Shown here piece by piece: positions 60,512 through 64,000 of a stretch of DNA of 64,000 nt. Origin of the DNA: Macrostomum lignano. Lineage: Eukaryota. The notes beneath the pieces were generated by a model that was not told the DNA's origin, made no database searches, and worked only from the letters and a program-made list of their open reading frames with translations. Positions within the stretch are counted from its first letter, which is position 1. Each line of letters starts with the position of its first letter. Where the stretch lies: the NCBI GenBank assembly GCA_002269645.1, contig NIVC01000656.1, forward strand, positions 62,001 to 126,000, given 5' to 3'. A program made the translations under genes and the position numbers.

Positions 60512-63430
60512 GCAGCACTACCTATTGGTTTGGGACTTTTTTGGTCAAGTTGTTGTTCTTGGAGAACCAGAGGCCTAGTTCCTCAGACCTTCAAATTGGC
60601 CTCTAGAAGCAGTTCCAATGCTCAATTGACCAGTGATAAAACTGCAGGGCGCAGTCAGTTATTACTGTATGTGTCTTACAATGGCTGCCCATACAATGGT
60701 GCTGCAAATCATTCTTCCAATTGGCAGGTGTGCAGTTATGTTCAATTTTATTTTCTGTAATTTTTTAAGAATTAGTAATAATATCTAGATATAGTTATTA
60801 AACTTTTAATTGTTAGCACTTTTTTCTTAGAAATCGCTTGTCGCTTGCACTGGCTAGAGCTGCTATTCCTTAGAAATCGCTTGTCGCTTGCACTGGCTAG
60901 AGCTGCTATTCCTTAGAAATCGCTTGTCACTTGCAATGGCTGGAGCTGCTATTTCTTAGAAATTGCTTGTTGCTTGCAATGGCTAGAGCAGCTGTTTCTT
61001 AGAAATCGCTTGCAATGGCTAGAGCTGCTGTTTCTTGGAAATAGCTTGTCGCTTGCAATGGCTAGAGCGGCTGTTTCTTAGAAATCGCTTGCAATGGCTA
61101 GAACTGCTGTTTCTTGGAAATAGCTTGTCGCTTGCAATAGCTAGAGCGGCTGTTTCTTGGAAATAGCTTGTCGCTTGCAATGGCTAGAGGCTAGAGCTGC
61201 TGTTTCTTGGAAATAGCTTTTCGCTTGCAATGGCTAGAGCAGCTGTTTCTTAGAAATCGCTTGCAATGGCTACAGCTGCTATTTCTTAGAAATAGCTTGT
61301 CGCTTGCAATGGCTAGATTCTATTTCTTAAAAATCACTTGACAAGAAAAGTGCAGGCGCTATATTAAAAAATCTGTTCATCTGACACTAAAATATTGTTT
61401 GTTCTAACAAAAAAACTGCATCAGGTACGCTCCGTGTCCAAAGCTCTGCACCATCACCTAATCCAACTCATGGGTCCGAGCCGTTGGATCAACAGGCTAA
61501 ACATCAGCAGCTGAACTGACAAAGACGTGCACGCGCTAATGAACACAGTCAGCGTGCGTCATTCCGGACCTATCGACTATTCAGTCGCATTATTGCGCCT
61601 TATGCTTAACGCTTCGTTGAAACAATCCGGCGAGTCTATTCGAATTCATCTTATCAGGCCGGTGCCATTGTCAAGCGGAGAATTCTCCTTAGTAACGGGA
61701 GTAGCCAGACGGGAATACGTGTATAGATTGGCGCTGCTAGCCGAGCCGGGGCTCACCCTGATGCACCCGGAGGCAGCCTGGCTTGGCAGCAGTCGTTGGC
61801 TAGTTGAACCGCCGCTGTCCCTGGAACTGCTGCATCAGGCTGCCGGTGTTCTGAATGGAGAGCACGATTTTTCTGCGTTTACTAATTTGAATGTGAGTTT
61901 TTTCAGTTACTATAGCAACAAAATCCAGCCAAAAATCAAACCAAAGCAAACAGATTCCGTTAGAATTGTCTCCATAGCAACCCCATCCAATCAGAATCGT
62001 CCCCCAAAGCAACCCCATCCAATCAGAATCGTCCCCCAAAGCAACCCCATCCAATCAGAATCGTCCCCCAAAGCAACCCCATCCAATCAGAATCGTCCCC
62101 CAAAGCAACCCCATCCAATCAGAATCGTCCCCCAAAGCAACCCATCCAATCAGAATCGTCCCCCAAAGCAACCCCATCCAATCAGAATCGTCCCCCAAAG
62201 CAACCCCATCCAATCAGAATCGTCCCCCAAAGCAACCCCATCCAATCAGAATCGTCCCCCAAAACAACTCCATCCAATCAGAATCGTCCCCCATAGCACT
62301 TCATCCAATCAGAATCGTCCCCCAAAGCAACCCCATCCAATCAGAATCGTCCCCCAAAGCAACCCCATCCAATCAGAATCGTCCCCCAAAACAACCTTAT
62401 CCAATCAGAATCGTCCCCCAAAGCACTTCATCCAATCAGAATCGTCCCCCATAGCACCCCATCCAATCAGAATTGTCCCTCATAGCACCCCATCCAATCA
62501 GAATCCGCCTAGTATCCGCTATAAGTATCCGCCCCATCTCCGACAAACCGGCAGGGCCTCAGCCGCTGTTACACTCCGCTACGCCGACTAGAAATTTGCG
62601 TCGACGACTCCGTTTCCGTGGACCGACTTCACGCCTGCAACAGTTTTACTAGCGACTGCTTCACCGGTTGCGTTGATCTGCACTTTGGCGCTAGAAGCTT
62701 TCTTTATAAGCAGGTTCGATTTATGGCTGGAGCTTTGGTGGCGACTGCCAAGGGCACGGTGAGTTCAAAGAGATGCCGCCAGTCCCAGTTCAAAGAGATG
62801 CCGCCAGTCCCAGTTCAAAGAGATGCCGCCAGTCCCGGTTTAAAGAGATGCCGCCAGTCCCAGTTCAAAGAGATGCCGCGAGTCCCAGTTCAAAGAGATG
62901 CCGCCAGTCCCAGTTCAAAGAGATGCCGCGAGTCCCAGTTCAAAGAGATGCCGCGAGTCCCAGTTCAAAGAGATGCCGCCAGTCCCGGTTTAAAGAGATG
63001 CCGACAGTCCCAGTTCAAAGAGATGCCGCCGCTATCTTTGTTCTTATATTGTTAGTGCAATAATAATTAATCAGTTATCATATTTAATTTGACCCCGCAG
63101 GTAACCCTGGACCAACTCAAAGACATGCTCAGCAATCCCCCCGATTATACGGGCTTAAAACCATACGACGCAGCGCCTCCGCATGGTCTTTATTTAAAAT
63201 GCGTTCGCTACGCCAATCCCAAATGGGATCTTAACTGGCCAGACATACGGGCTGACAATGCCACTCTCAATACGGACTTTTGTCGCCAACTTTTGATAAG
63301 GTTTCGTGATAAAACCTGCCCAATGAATTTTGTGGAGCTTAGTAGGGAGCACGAGGCCTACTTGGCAACGGTTGCTAAGGAAGCTTCTTCGGTGGAGACC
63401 GCGAGAGATGAATCGTGTTCTAGAGTATGA
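60512..63430 (+). CDS. PUSL1: TruA-family tRNA pseudouridine synthase-like 1 with an in-frame TGA at 61512-61514 (possible pseudogene or null allele). Exons 60512-60727, 61425-61892, 62555-62758, 63101-63430
   Basis: LLYVSYNGCPYNG, ISS*TDKDVHALMN, REYVYRL, LNGEHDFSAF, ARSFLYKQVRFMAGALV and AAPPHGLYLKCVRY follow the TruA/PUSL1 motif order. All introns are phase-0 GT-AG. No ATG in the first visible exon. Confidence 0.88.
60820..61330. repeat. Degenerate ~35-42 bp tandem repeat (ttcttagaaatcgcttgtcgcttgcaatggctagagctgctg) in PUSL1 intron 1
   Basis: About 12 units. Confidence 0.92.
61975..62505. repeat. 32-bp minisatellite (ccccatccaatcagaatcgtcccccaaagcaa) in PUSL1 intron 2
   Basis: About 16 copies. 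Explains the repetitive tail of ORF 61527-62591. Confidence 0.96.
62760..63030. repeat. 25-bp minisatellite (cccagttcaaagagatgccgccagt) in PUSL1 intron 3
   Basis: About 11 copies starting immediately after the donor at 62759. Confidence 0.96.
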
Positions 63431-63544
63431 TCTGAGTGAACTCGGAGCTTTGCTAATTTTATTTTTTATGCATCAAAATCTGATGCTTCTAAGTACATTT
63501 TGTACTCTTTATTCAAACACTTTGTTACTAGGCCACAGGCACAG

Positions 63545-63900
63545 CCAGCCTTCCAGATCCTCAGTTGCTGGGCCAGCCTCCCAGATCCTCAGTTGCTCGG
63601 CCAGCCTCCCAGATCCTCAGTTGCTGGGTCAGCCTCCCAGATCCTCAGTTGCTGGGCCAGCCTCCCTGATCCTCAGTTGCTGGGCCAGCCTCCCAGATCC
63701 TCAGTTGCTGGGCCAGCCTCACAGATCCTCAGTTGCTGGGCCAGCCTCCCTGATCCTCAGTTGCTGGGCCAGCCTCCCTGATCCTCAGTTGCTGGGCCAG
63801 CCTCCCAGATCCTCAGTTGCTGGGCCAGCCTCCCAGATCCTCAGTTGCTGGGCCAGCCTCCCAGATCCTCAGTTGCTGGGCCAGCCTCCCAGACTCAAGT
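63545..63900. repeat. 28-bp minisatellite (ccagatcctcagttgctgggccagcctc) downstream of PUSL1
   Basis: About 12 copies, the reverse complement of the 48285-48843 unit. Confidence 0.96.
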
Positions 63901-64000
63901 TGCTGCGCTTCAGTCCATCGATAATATGAAACAGCATCTGTTGAATCAGCTCTGAGAAACCACTTACTTATTTTAGTACCAACTTATTTAAGTCAGCATC

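Noticed and set aside
61512-63430. Alternative nuclear genetic code with TGA as a sense codon
   Set aside because: PUSL1 itself appears to terminate at TGA (63428-63430), and no other gene here has an internal TGA. Six genes ending in TAA is unremarkable in AT-rich DNA.

Overview
Eukaryotic (metazoan) genomic DNA, not prokaryotic. The compact genes, GT-AG introns filled with 21-43 bp minisatellites and splice acceptors just before start codons resemble a free-living flatworm such as Macrostomum (inference). Seven spliced or intronless genes can be built by hand: an LC3/Atg8 (MAP1LC3C-like), RAD23, a microcephalin-like triple-BRCT protein, an unidentified coiled-coil protein, Chibby, an NDRG protein and a PUSL1/TruA pseudouridine synthase. 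A possible eighth, F-box-like gene lies at 2.1-6.2 kb. Most long ORFs in the supplied track are translations of tandem repeats. Mobile DNA includes hAT-, P- and Merlin-type non-autonomous elements with exact 8-bp target-site duplications, a decayed Tc1/mariner, an RNase H-bearing LINE fragment and two tRNA-related SINE-like pieces. The most notable observations are a 43-bp minisatellite that multiplies the RAD23 splice donor, an in-frame TGA replacing the Arg of the PUSL1 catalytic motif, a tight cluster of three perfect heat-shock elements with no hsp gene nearby, ATG-less first exons that would be completed by a flatworm spliced-leader AUG, an LC3 with a 68-aa Cys-rich tail, and reading-frame lesions in 4 of 7 genes.
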